Below are positions 9,829 to 18,569 of a stretch of 64,000 nucleotides of DNA, piece after piece. Within the stretch, counting starts at the first letter, position 1. Each line of letters opens with the position of its first letter. Origin of the DNA: an uncultured Pseudomonadota bacterium (lineage in GTDB: Bacteria > Myxococcota_A > Polyangia > Fen-1088); the NCBI GenBank assembly GCA_963725905.1, contig CAVSAG010000001.1, forward strand, positions 380,748-444,747. The letters are read 5' to 3'. The position numbers and the translations under genes are program-made. Below the pieces are notes generated by a model. The model did not search any database and was not told the DNA's origin. It worked only from the letters and a program-made list of their open reading frames with translations.

Positions 9829-11319
9829 ATGGATTTTTCGAGGGTTAGGAGAAGTGTCGTAGGCGGGATGTTGGTGTTGTGGGCTGCCGGCGCGGCCTCG
9901 GGCTGCGCGCCCGATTCAGCCGACGACGGGGACGTCACCACCGTCACCGTGGCGCTCACCACCGTCCCGACCGGCGTGCAATGCGTTCGCCTCGTCGCCA
10001 CACCAACCTCCGGCTCGGCGACCACCAAGACCTTCACCGTCGCTGCGGGCTCGTCGTCGGCCAGCCTGCAGATTGGCCCGTTCACGCCGGGGAACTACAC
10101 GCTGTCCGGCGACGCGTTCAACGTGGCCTGCACCAGCATCAGCGGTGTGGCGCCGTGGACCGCGGATTCGGTGCCGGTGACCGTACGGACCGGCCAGGCG
10201 GCCACGGTGACCATGACCTTCCGTAAGGAAAACCCGGTCACGGTGAACGTCAACTTCGTCAACAACGTGCTCGGTCTGTCGATGAGCTTCATGAACGGCT
10301 TCGTCGTCACCGACAGTGGCATCCTTCAGACGGGCGTCATCCCCGGAACGGTCTCGTACACGCGGGCCAACTTCGCGGCCTTCGACTCGAGCTCGATCCC
10401 GGGCAACGCCGTCGCGTCCATCGCCGCCTCCAACAACGCCGTGTGCGCCATCCGCGTCGATGGCACGATCTGGTGCTGGGGGTCGAACCCGTACGGCGAG
10501 ACCGGTCCCGGCATCGCGCTCGGCGGCTCCTCGTCGACGCCGGTGCAGCTCACCGCCCTGGGCGGAGCCACCCAGATCGCCGCCGGTGCCAATCATTTCT
10601 GCGCCGTCGCGTCGAACGTCCTTTGGTGCTGGGGCCGCAACGAATCGGGCGAGCTCGGCAACAACACCACCGCCAACAGCACCAATCCGGTGAGGGTCCA
10701 GAACATCGTGCCCGTGCGGAGCTTGTCCCTGGGCTTCTCGTCGTCTTATGCCGTGAGCACCAGCGGAACGCTCTTCGCCTGGGGGAGCAACGCCTCGGGT
10801 CAGCTCGGAGACGGCACGTTCGTGAACCGGTTGATCGCAACCTCGATGCTGGAGAGCGTTGGCGTGATATCGGTTGCCGGCGGCGGCAACCACGCCTGCG
10901 ATCAGCGCGCCGATGGGAGCGTCCACTGCTGGGGTCAGAACTTCAGCGGCCAACTCGGCAACGGGACGACGTCAGCCAGCTCGGCCACCCCGGTGGTGGT
11001 GAGCGGTCTGACGGCGAAGCAGCTCGTGGCCTCGTACTCCAGCAATTGCGCTCTGACCACTTCGGGCCTGACGCAGTGCTGGGGCTCGAACCGCTACGGA
11101 GCGGTCGGAGACTCGACCGCGGTGGATTGGACCACCCCCGTCTCGGTCAGCCTTGGCTCCGTCTCACTCACCACGCTGGTCGGTTCGAGCACCATCGACA
11201 CCAACTGCGGCCTCTCGACCACCACGGACGTGTGGTGCTGGGGCGAAGACAATGCGGGCAACCTTGGCGACGGCACGATGAATTCCCAGTTCGCGCCCGT
11301 CCGCGCCGTGCTGCAGTAA
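9829..11319 (+). CDS. RCC1-repeat beta-propeller lipoprotein
   Basis: GGAGG RBS; ASGC lipobox; repeated WCWGxNxxGxLG motifs. Confidence 0.9.
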   Translation: MDFSRVRRSVVGGMLVLWAAGAASGCAPDSADDGDVTTVTVALTTVPTGVQCVRLVATPTSGSATTKTFTVAAGSSSASLQIGPFTPGNYTLSGDAFNVACTSISGVAPWTADSVPVTVRTGQAATVTMTFRKENPVTVNVNFVNNVLGLSMSFMNGFVVTDSGILQTGVIPGTVSYTRANFAAFDSSSIPGNAVASIAASNNAVCAIRVDGTIWCWGSNPYGETGPGIALGGSSSTPVQLTALGGATQIAAGANHFCAVASNVLWCWGRNESGELGNNTTANSTNPVRVQNIVPVRSLSLGFSSSYAVSTSGTLFAWGSNASGQLGDGTFVNRLIATSMLESVGVISVAGGGNHACDQRADGSVHCWGQNFSGQLGNGTTSASSATPVVVSGLTAKQLVASYSSNCALTTSGLTQCWGSNRYGAVGDSTAVDWTTPVSVSLGSVSLTTLVGSSTIDTNCGLSTTTDVWCWGEDNAGNLGDGTMNSQFAPVRAVLQ

Positions 11320-11441
11320 AGCGCGCCGTCCACGCGCGGCGGCCCGACGGCCGCCGCGTCCTGGACGACGTCATTGGGGTCCCGGGTGCCCATGCCCGTT
11401 TGAGCAGTCTGCCGGCGGGCGACCTACTTCGGGTCTCCTCG

Positions 11442-11789
11442 TCAGGCGGCCCGTTTCTTCCGCCGGGCAGCCAAGCCGCCGCGTCTTGCCGCTGGTCGTC
11501 TGGCCGGCGGTTCGAAGCTGATATTGAGGGTGAGCCCGAGCGCCGAAGCGGCGCGCTGGAGAGAATCGAGCGTGACTCCGGTGCGCGTCGGATCCAGCAG
11601 GCGGTAGACCGCCTCTCGGCTCGTGCGCATGCGCCTCGCCATCTCGGACGGTGAGATCTTCTTGGCCTTCATGGCCTGCTTGATGTCGTGCGCGAGGACC
11701 TTCTTCTGTACGCCGGCACGGTGCTCGTGAAGCTCCCCGAGCTCGTCGAAGAGCTCCTCCAGCTCGTCCCACGGTGGTCCGATTTTCAT
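11442..11789 (-). CDS. XRE/HTH antitoxin (partner type of Gp49/RelE-like toxins)
   Basis: KKVLAHDIKQAMKAKKISPSEMARRMRTSREAVYRLLDP..VTLDSLQRAASALG. Confidence 0.8.
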   Translation of the reverse strand: MKIGPPWDELEELFDELGELHEHRAGVQKKVLAHDIKQAMKAKKISPSEMARRMRTSREAVYRLLDPTRTGVTLDSLQRAASALGLTLNISFEPPARRPAARRGGLAARRKKRAA

Positions 11790-11925
11790 GTGCCCTCCTT
11801 CATTCGACGCTGGGCTAGCGCGATGTCCGCCGGCGGCGTCTTCAATCTCGGACCGGTGCCACGCCGGTCCGCGTTCGATAGAACCGGAGCCGGAGGCGGC
11901 GTGGCGTCAACCCGCCTTCGCTCAC
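11786..11925 (-). pseudogene. Gp49-like (RelE/ParE superfamily) toxin with internal deletion
   Basis: GTG at 11925 reads MSEGGLTPRRLRLRFYRTRTGVAPVRD, joined out of frame at 11843/11842 to KTPPADIALAQRRMKEGT*, whose stop overlaps the antitoxin ATG. Confidence 0.75.
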
Positions 11926-11931
11926 TGCAAG

Positions 11932-11953
11932 AGTGTACTATTAATAGGACACT
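11932..11953. promoter_or_regulatory. 22-bp palindromic operator overlapping the -10 box of the leftward TA operon
   Basis: AGTGT-a-CTATTAATAG-g-ACACT; TACACT on minus strand 6 nt before GTG. Confidence 0.75.
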
Positions 11954-11990
11954 TAGGCCAGGGCGCGCGGGCGAAAAGAGGGACACAGAA

Positions 11991-12022
11991 ACTACGTTAA
12001 CAGAGTACACTGTTAACGTAGT
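11991..12022. promoter_or_regulatory. 32-bp palindromic operator of the rightward TA operon
   Basis: Perfect 13-bp arms ACTACGTTAACAG / CTGTTAACGTAGT; overlaps TAGTAT box at 12019-12024. Confidence 0.8.
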
Positions 12023-12031
12023 ATTTTGACC

Positions 12032-12092
12032 GTGGTCGAAGTTGTCGCCGAGCGAATCTGGGAGCAGTCCGACGCGAAAGGGGAAGCAAATG
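12032..12092 (+). pseudogene. RelE/HigB-like toxin reduced to fused N- and C-terminal stubs
   Basis: GTG 7 nt after TAGTAT reads MVEVVA-ERIWEQ, resembling the two ends of such toxins. Confidence 0.55.
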
Positions 12093-12392
12093 AAGACTCA
12101 CCGCTGGGAAGACATTCGGCACAAGAGGACGCCCGAGCGCGAGGCGGCGGTTGAGCGGCTTCGTGACGAGATGGTCGAGCAGGTCACGCTCCGGCGGCTT
12201 CGGGACCTCCTCGGGCTCACCCAGGTCGAGCTAGCGGCTCGGATGGAAGCATCGCAGGCGCAGCTCTCGGCGATCGAGAAACGGGACGACCGGCTCGTTT
12301 CGACGATGCGGAAGTACGTCGAAGCGCTCGGCGGCAAGCTCCGCCTGCAGGCGGTGTTCGAGGGCGGCAAGGTCCTCGAGATCTCTGAGTAG
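12090..12392 (+). CDS. XRE-family HTH antitoxin (HigA-like)
   Basis: LRRLRDLLGLTQVELAARMEASQAQLSAIEKRDDRLVSTMRKYVEALGGKLRLQAVF. Confidence 0.85.
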   Translation: MKTHRWEDIRHKRTPEREAAVERLRDEMVEQVTLRRLRDLLGLTQVELAARMEASQAQLSAIEKRDDRLVSTMRKYVEALGGKLRLQAVFEGGKVLEISE

Positions 12393-12406
12393 CCGCCCTT
12401 AAATTC

Positions 12407-12483
12407 TGGGGTGAGTGACGGGGATTGAACCCGCAACATCCAGAGCCACAGTCTGGCGCTCTACCAATTGAGCTACACCCACC
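12407..12483 (-). tRNA. tRNA-His (GTG)
   Basis: Cloverleaf with acceptor GTGGGTG/CACTCAC, G-1, anticodon loop CTGTGGC, TTCAATC, encoded CCA. Confidence 0.97.
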
Positions 12484-12534
12484 AGGTGTATCGATATTCA
12501 GTTTTTCAATGCGTCACCGCGGTTGTCGCGGCGG

Positions 12535-12608
12535 CGCGCCCGGCAGGAGTCGAACCTGCGACCCTCGGCTTAGAAGGCCGATGCTCTATCCAGTTGAGCT
12601 ACGGGCGC
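12535..12608 (-). tRNA. tRNA-Arg (TCT)
   Basis: Acceptor GCGCCCG/CGGGCGC, anticodon loop CTTCTAA, TTCGACT; followed by CCG rather than CCA. Confidence 0.96.
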
Positions 12609-12645
12609 ATGCTTATGCTTCGGGAGTTTACCCGTCAAGCGCGAT

Positions 12646-13830
12646 TCATTCGACCTCTTGCAGCTCGCGCGCCGAGAGCCCCAGGAGATAGAGGATGGCG
12701 TCGAGGCCGGCGCCGGAGATGCTGGTGTCGGCGTGCTCGCGCAGCTTGGCCTTGGCGTGGAAGGCGATCCCCAGCCCGGCGCGCTCCAGCATGAGGGCGT
12801 CGTTGGCGCCGTCACCGACGGCGATCACCTGATCGAGCAGCACCCCCTCGGCCTGGGCGATCGTCTCCAGGAGCTCCGCCTTGCGCTGCGCGTTGACGAT
12901 CGGCCCGACGACCCGGCCGGTCAGCTTGCCGCCCGCGACCTCCAGGTTGTTCGAGTAGGCGTAGTCGACGCCCAGCCGGCGCTTGAGCGCCTCGGCGGCG
13001 CGCGAGAAGCCGCCGCTGATGACCGCGATCTTGTAGCCGAGGCGCTTGAGCACGCGAACCAACGTCTCGGCCCCTTCGGTCAGCGGCAGGTCGGCGGCGA
13101 TCTGGTCGAGCACCTTGACGTCGAGGCCGGCGAGCAGGGCGACGCGCTGGCGCAGCGACTCGTCGTAGTCCATCTCGCCCTGCATGGCGCGCTCGGTGAT
13201 GCGGGAGACCTCGGGGCCGACGCCGGCGGCGCGCGCCAGCTCGTCGATCACCTCGATGCGGATCAGCGTCGAGTCCATGTCGAGGACGACCAACCGCTTC
13301 GAGCGCCGGAAGAGGCTCTCCGGCTGCAGCGAGACGTCGAAGCCGGTGCTGGTCGCGACATTGAGCAAGGTCCGTTTGAGCACCTCGCTGTCGCGGTCGG
13401 GCGGCAGCAGAGCGTGAATCTCGACGGAGGCGAGCGTGTTCTCCGACAGGCGGCCGATCTTCTCGATGTTGGCCCCCTCGGCTGCCAGCGCCGTGGCGAT
13501 GGCGTGCAGGTGGGGGGCGCCCAGTGTCGGGCCGATGGCGGTGATGACGTAGCGCCGCCCCTCGGGCTCGGGCGCCGGCGTCGCGTCGGCGGGGACCGGC
13601 TTGAAGTCGAGCTCCATCTCGAGCTGCTTGGCGGTGAACAGCAGCTCCTTGAGCACGTCGCGGGTCTCGGGGACGCCGATCAGCAGGCAGAGGGTCAGCT
13701 GCCCCTGCACCACCACCTGCTCGATGTCGTGCAGGGTGGCGCCCTGCTGCGACAGGATGCCGGTCAGGGTGGCGGTGACGCCGGTTCGGTCTGGGCCAGT
13801 GACGGTGACGAGGACGCGGTCGGATACCAA
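12646..13830 (-). CDS. serB: Phosphoserine phosphatase with ACT domains
   Basis: [12 protein letters not shown] motif; DMDSTL; ISGGF; [12 protein letters not shown]. Confidence 0.95.
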   Translation of the reverse strand: MVSDRVLVTVTGPDRTGVTATLTGILSQQGATLHDIEQVVVQGQLTLCLLIGVPETRDVLKELLFTAKQLEMELDFKPVPADATPAPEPEGRRYVITAIGPTLGAPHLHAIATALAAEGANIEKIGRLSENTLASVEIHALLPPDRDSEVLKRTLLNVATSTGFDVSLQPESLFRRSKRLVVLDMDSTLIRIEVIDELARAAGVGPEVSRITERAMQGEMDYDESLRQRVALLAGLDVKVLDQIAADLPLTEGAETLVRVLKRLGYKIAVISGGFSRAAEALKRRLGVDYAYSNNLEVAGGKLTGRVVGPIVNAQRKAELLETIAQAEGVLLDQVIAVGDGANDALMLERAGLGIAFHAKAKLREHADTSISGAGLDAILYLLGLSARELQEVE

Positions 13831-13872
13831 AGCGGCGGCAGCATAGCAGGATACTCAGGATATACTGCGCGC

Positions 13873-14295
13873 ATGGCCCACCCGGATGACAGCGGCGACG
13901 ACGCCGGCAAGGTGGTCAAGACCGACGACGACTGGCGCGCGTCGCTCACGCCCGCGGCGTACGAGGTGCTGCGGCGCAAGGGAACCGAGCGCGCCTTCTC
14001 GGGCGCGTACTGGAAGTCGCACGACGCCGCCGCCTACCTCTGTGCCGGTTGCGGTGCCGAGCTCTTCTCCTCGGACGCCAAGTTCGATTCGGGGACCGGG
14101 TGGCCCAGCTTCACCGCGCCGGTGGGCGCTGCCGCCGTTGCCACCGAGACCGACAGCAGCCACGGCATGCTTCGCACCGAGGTCACCTGCCGCCGCTGCG
14201 GCGGGCACCTCGGCCACCTGTTCGACGACGGCCCGGCGCCGACCGGCCAGCGCTACTGCATCAACTCGGTCTCGCTCAAGGCGAAGCCGAAGTAG
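13873..14295 (+). CDS. msrB: Peptide-methionine (R)-S-oxide reductase
   Basis: [34 protein letters not shown]. Confidence 0.97.
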   Translation: MAHPDDSGDDAGKVVKTDDDWRASLTPAAYEVLRRKGTERAFSGAYWKSHDAAAYLCAGCGAELFSSDAKFDSGTGWPSFTAPVGAAAVATETDSSHGMLRTEVTCRRCGGHLGHLFDDGPAPTGQRYCINSVSLKAKPK

Positions 14296-14307
14296 CGAGG
14301 CCGCCTG

Positions 14308-14478
14308 CTAGGCGCCGGCCGCTTCGGCGGCCTCGACGAACAGCGATGGGTCGGCGACGAACTGGTCGTGGCAGGCCTGCGAGCAAAAGTAGTAGACCGT
14401 GCCGTGGTGATCGACCGCGCCGGCCGCGTCCACTCGCTTGAGCTCGCGACCGCAGACCGGGTCGACCGCGCTGGCCAT
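14308..14478 (-). CDS. YHS-domain small metal-binding protein
   Basis: DPVCG..YYFCSQAC..FVADP. Confidence 0.85.
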   Translation of the reverse strand: MASAVDPVCGRELKRVDAAGAVDHHGTVYYFCSQACHDQFVADPSLFVEAAEAAGA

Positions 14479-14614
14479 CTCGATCTCCTCCCGGTCGCCG
14501 AAGCTGACGCGGCCGTTGTCCAACGATTCCGTCACGCGGGTCATCTCGCCCAACGTGATCACGCGCGATCGAATGTCCACTGGCCAGGCCTCAGCCGCCG
14601 GCTATATTCCACGC

Positions 14615-15013
14615 ATGAGCCACGAGGGATACCACGAGCCGGCCGACCTTCTGCCAGAGGCGACCAAGGACTTTCACCGCGCGATCGTGTCGTTGATGGA
14701 GGAGCTGGAGGCGATCGACTGGTACCAGCAGCGCGCCGACGCCACGAAGGACGAGGCGTTGCGGGCCATCATGCTGCACAACCGCAACGAGGAGGCTGAG
14801 CACGCGATGATGACGCTCGAGTGGCTGCGCCGCCGCGACCCCAAGATCGACGACGTGACCCGGACCTACCTCTTCGCGCAAGGGGAGATCACCAAGATCG
14901 AGGAAGCCAAAAAGGCGGCCCAGGCCGCCGGACAGATGGCCGGGAACGGCGGCGGCGCCAACTCTGGGGGCTCGCCCGCCTCGCTTGGCATCGGAAGCCT
15001 GAGGAGCCTCTGA
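14615..15013 (+). CDS. Encapsulin-associated ferritin-like protein (EncFtn/Flp) with cargo-loading peptide
   Basis: HRAIVSLMEELEAIDWYQQRA..HNRNEEAEHAMMTLEWLRR; C-terminal SLGIGSLR. Confidence 0.95.
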   Translation: MSHEGYHEPADLLPEATKDFHRAIVSLMEELEAIDWYQQRADATKDEALRAIMLHNRNEEAEHAMMTLEWLRRRDPKIDDVTRTYLFAQGEITKIEEAKKAAQAAGQMAGNGGGANSGGSPASLGIGSLRSL

Positions 15014-15819
15014 TGGCCCGGGATCTGCTGAAGCGCGACCTGGCGCCGATCACGCCCGACGCGCTCGACGCCGTCGACGCCGAGGCGGCGCGCGTCCTCA
15101 AGTTGAACCTGGCGGCGCGCCGCCTGGTCGACTTCAAGGGGCCGTACGGCTGGCAGCTGGCGGCCGTCAACACGGGCCGCGTCGACCCCTGCGCGGGCGG
15201 CGGCTCCGACGTCGAGCTCGGCATCCGCAGAGCGCAGCCGCTCGTCGAGCTGCGGGTTCCGATGCGCGTCGCGCTCGCCGAGCTCGACGCCGTGGCGCGC
15301 GGGGCGACCGATCCCGATCTCGCCGCGGTGGTCGCCGCCGCCGAGAAGGCGGCGCACGCCGAGGACGCGGCGGTCTTCAACGGCCTCGCCGCCGCCGGCA
15401 TCAAGGGCATCATCCCCGCCAGCCCGCACGCGCCGCAGAAGCTGCCGGCCGACGTGCGCGAGCTGCCGGGCGCCATCCTCGCGGCGCGCGAAACGCTCCG
15501 CCAGGCGGGGGTGAGCGGTCCGTACGCGCTGGTCCTCGCGGCGCCGATCCACGCGCAGGTGCTGGCCGCTGCCGAGGACGGCTATCCGCTGGCAAAGCGG
15601 ATCACGCAGCAGGTCCTCGACGGTCCGCTCGTGCGCGCCTCGGCGATCGAGGGGGGCGTGTTGCTTTCGCTCCGCGGGGGCGACTACGAGCTGCACGTCG
15701 GGCAGGATCTTTCGGTCGGCTACAGCTGGCACGACGGCCAGTTCGTCGAGCTCTATCTGACGGAGTCGTTCACCTTCCGGACGCTGGAGCCGGCGGCGGC
15801 GGTGGCACTGCGCCGCTGA
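15013..15819 (+). CDS. Family 1 encapsulin shell protein (Linocin M18-like)
   Basis: LLKRDLAPIT..RRLVDFKGPYGW..AEDAAVFNG..GQDLSVGY..LYLTESFTF; TGATG coupling to cargo gene. Confidence 0.95.
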   Translation: MARDLLKRDLAPITPDALDAVDAEAARVLKLNLAARRLVDFKGPYGWQLAAVNTGRVDPCAGGGSDVELGIRRAQPLVELRVPMRVALAELDAVARGATDPDLAAVVAAAEKAAHAEDAAVFNGLAAAGIKGIIPASPHAPQKLPADVRELPGAILAARETLRQAGVSGPYALVLAAPIHAQVLAAAEDGYPLAKRITQQVLDGPLVRASAIEGGVLLSLRGGDYELHVGQDLSVGYSWHDGQFVELYLTESFTFRTLEPAAAVALRR

Positions 15820-16225
15820 GCCTCTCCTTCAGCACCTGCGGGATGCGCGACACCTTGCCGCGCGCGTCGATGCAGGCATGCACCGTGTGCCCGGAGGCCA
15901 GCTCCTCGCCGTCGGGCAATCGGCGGATCTGGTAGACGAAGCGCGCCGTCGCGCCGGTCACCTCGGGGACGGCGGCGAGGATCGCCAGCTCGTCGTCGTA
16001 GCGCGCCGGCCGCCGGTAGCGGACGACAGCCTCCACGACCGGCAGCATGAGCCCGTGCGCCTCCTCGAACGCGCGGTAGGGCGCGCCGATCCGCCGGAGG
16101 AACTCGTTGCGCGCGATCTCGAAGTAGCGGAGGTAGTTGCCGTAATAGACCATCCCCATCTGATCGGTGTCGCCGTAGATGACGCGGACGCGGGCGACCT
16201 CGCTAAGCTCTGCCGTGCTCGACAT
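15770..16225 (-). CDS. Acyl-CoA thioesterase (YbgC/4HBT family)
   Basis: RVIYGDTDQMGMVYYGNYLRYFEIAR..PARYDD. Confidence 0.92.
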   Translation of the reverse strand: MSSTAELSEVARVRVIYGDTDQMGMVYYGNYLRYFEIARNEFLRRIGAPYRAFEEAHGLMLPVVEAVVRYRRPARYDDELAILAAVPEVTGATARFVYQIRRLPDGEELASGHTVHACIDARGKVSRIPQVLKERLSGAVPPPPPAPASGR

Positions 16226-16301
16226 CTCCCGACGTTAACGCGGATACCGGAACGACGCTTTTTTCCCCTCCGCAGCGGCCCCTACGACTAGGATGCCGGC
16301 C

Positions 16302-17657
16302 ATGCCCCCCTCCATTCCGATGACCGGCGGCGCCGCCGCTCCGGCGCTCGAGACCGAGACCGCGACGCCCGGGTACAAGAACCCGTTCCTCTGGGTTCCA
16401 TCGAGCTACCTGGTGATGGGGCTCATCTACATCGCGGTCGGTACCCTCGCGAACATCATGTTCCGCAACATGGGGATGGAGAACGACAAGGCGGCGTTCT
16501 GGTCGTCGATGCTCGGCTTCCCTTACACCTTCAAGTTCCTCTGGGCGCCCGCCCTGGAGCTCTACAAGACGAAGAAGTTCTTCGTCGTCCTCATGCAGTT
16601 CGCCATCTCGCTGGCGCTGGTGGGCGTGGCGGTCGGGTTGCGCGTGCCGGGCGGCGGTTGGACCGGGCCGGTGCTGATGCTGATGGCGATCACCGCCATC
16701 CTCGGGGCGACGCAGGACATCGGGACCGACGGCGTCTACGTGACCACGCTGTCGCCCAAGGAGCAGGCCAAGTACCTCGGCTTTCAGAGCATGTGCTGGA
16801 ACGGCGGCGCGCTCTTGGCCAAGGGGCCCTTCCTCAGCGTCAGCGGGCTGCTCGAAAAGAGCACCGGGAGCTACGCGAGCGCCTGGATGATCGTCATGCT
16901 GGCGATGGGCGGGTTCGTTTTTCTTGGAGGGCTCTGGCACAGCCGGATCCTGCCGCCCGGCGCAAAGGCGCTCGACGCCCCCAAGAGCTTCGGCGACGCG
17001 ATGGGGACGTTCAAGCACGCGCTGGTCACGTTCTTCCAGAAGAAGGACATCGTCCGCCTGATCGCCTTCGCCTTTCTCTATCGCTTCGCCTACGGCCTCC
17101 TGGACAAGATGGGGCCGCTGTTCCTGATCGACAGCCGCGCCAGCCACGGGCTCGGGCTCTCGAACCAGGCCGTGGCCACCGCCTACGGGACCTTCGGGAC
17201 AGGCGCGTTCATTGTCGGGTCGCTGGTCGGCGGCTGGATCGTGTCGAAGGCGGGGCTGAAGAAGACGCTGCTCTTGCTCTGTATCTGCATCAACGTTCCC
17301 AACACGACGTTCCTCTTCCTCAGCCAGACGATGCCGACCAACATGGCGCTCATCACCGTCATCATCACCATCGAGCAGCTCGGCTGGGGGATTGGCGCGG
17401 TCGGCCACATGATCTACATGATGCAGCAGATCGCTCCCGGGCCTTACAAGACGGCGCACTACACCTTCGCCACCGCGCTCATGGGCGCCTGCATGATGAC
17501 GACCGGCGCGGTGAGCGGCTACGTCGAGAAGGCGGTCGGCTACCAGTGGTTCTTCATCATCGTGCTGCTGGCGGCGGCCCCGTCGCTGCTGGCCACGATC
17601 ATGGCGCCGTTCCACAACCCCGACGTCACCAAGCAGAAGGCCGAAGCGACGGCGTAA
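16302..17657 (+). CDS. AmpG-family MFS transporter
   Basis: PYTFKFLWAP, GATQDIGTDGVY, KTAHYTFATALM; about 12 hydrophobic segments. Confidence 0.85.
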   Translation: MPPSIPMTGGAAAPALETETATPGYKNPFLWVPSSYLVMGLIYIAVGTLANIMFRNMGMENDKAAFWSSMLGFPYTFKFLWAPALELYKTKKFFVVLMQFAISLALVGVAVGLRVPGGGWTGPVLMLMAITAILGATQDIGTDGVYVTTLSPKEQAKYLGFQSMCWNGGALLAKGPFLSVSGLLEKSTGSYASAWMIVMLAMGGFVFLGGLWHSRILPPGAKALDAPKSFGDAMGTFKHALVTFFQKKDIVRLIAFAFLYRFAYGLLDKMGPLFLIDSRASHGLGLSNQAVATAYGTFGTGAFIVGSLVGGWIVSKAGLKKTLLLLCICINVPNTTFLFLSQTMPTNMALITVIITIEQLGWGIGAVGHMIYMMQQIAPGPYKTAHYTFATALMGACMMTTGAVSGYVEKAVGYQWFFIIVLLAAAPSLLATIMAPFHNPDVTKQKAEATA

Positions 17658-17687
17658 GCCGCGCCCAGGCGACGCCTAAGGCGACGC

Positions 17688-18503
17688 CTAGGCACGGAAC
17701 GTCCCGACGATCACCAGGCGGCACTGGCCGCCGATCCGGACGCGGTCGCCGTCGAGCGCGCAGGAGAGCTCGCCCCCGCGGCGGCTCACCTGCCTCGCGC
17801 GGAGGCGCGTCTTCCCCAGCCGTTCGGCCCAGTAGGGGGTGAGCGTGCAGTGGGCCGAGCCGGTGACCGGGTCCTCGGGGATGCCGGCCGCGGGGGCGAA
17901 GAACCGCGAGACGAAGTCCGACGGGGGTACCTCGTCGGCGCCGGCGGCGGTCACGCACACGCCCGTCCCGAGCGCGGCCACCGCCGCGAGATCCGGCGCG
18001 GCCGCGTGCACCGCCGCCGCGCTCGGCAGCTCGGCGTAGTAGGCCACCTTGCCGCGGACCACCGCGCGCGGCTCGACGCCGATGGCGCGCGCCACCCGGG
18101 ACCTCGTCTCGGCGTCGACCGGCGCCGGCCGCGACACGGGGAAATCGAGCACCAGCTCCCCGCCGTCGCCGCGCTCCACCGAAAGGAGACCGCTGCGGGT
18201 CTGGAAGGTCACCCTGGAGCGGCCGGAACCGAGCTCGTTCAGCAGCACGAAGCCCGCCGCCAGCGTCGCGTGGCCGCAGATGTCGACCTCCACCGTCGGG
18301 GTGAACCAGCGCAGGCCGAGAACCTCCCGCTGCGCTCCGCCGCCGACGTCGACGAAGGCCGTCTCCGACAGGTTGTTCTCGGAGGCGATCGCTTGCAGCA
18401 CGTCGTCCGGCAGCGGCGCCTCGATCAGGCAGACGGCGGCCGGGTTTCCGGCGAACGGGCGATCGGTGAAGGCGTCGACCTGGTAGAGCGGCAGATTCGG
18501 CAT
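17688..18503 (-). CDS. PhzF-family isomerase/epimerase
   Basis: YQVDAFTDRPFAGNPAAV, NLSETAF, EVDICGHATLA, EDPVTGSAH. Confidence 0.95.
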   Translation of the reverse strand: MPNLPLYQVDAFTDRPFAGNPAAVCLIEAPLPDDVLQAIASENNLSETAFVDVGGGAQREVLGLRWFTPTVEVDICGHATLAAGFVLLNELGSGRSRVTFQTRSGLLSVERGDGGELVLDFPVSRPAPVDAETRSRVARAIGVEPRAVVRGKVAYYAELPSAAAVHAAAPDLAAVAALGTGVCVTAAGADEVPPSDFVSRFFAPAAGIPEDPVTGSAHCTLTPYWAERLGKTRLRARQVSRRGGELSCALDGDRVRIGGQCRLVIVGTFRA

Positions 18504-18569
18504 GCCGCTGAGCTTAGCCGACGGCTGAGCTCCCGGCCGGAGCGCCAGCGCCGGGCGGGCGGCGCGCGG

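Noticed and set aside
5274-12406. Integrated prophage or ICE at tRNA-His
   Set aside because: No integrase, transposase or phage gene and no duplicated tRNA 3' end found by eye; only an accretion hotspot is supported
12532-12535. tRNA-Arg ending CCG instead of CCA as a pseudo-tRNA
   Set aside because: The cloverleaf is intact and CCA is often added post-transcriptionally
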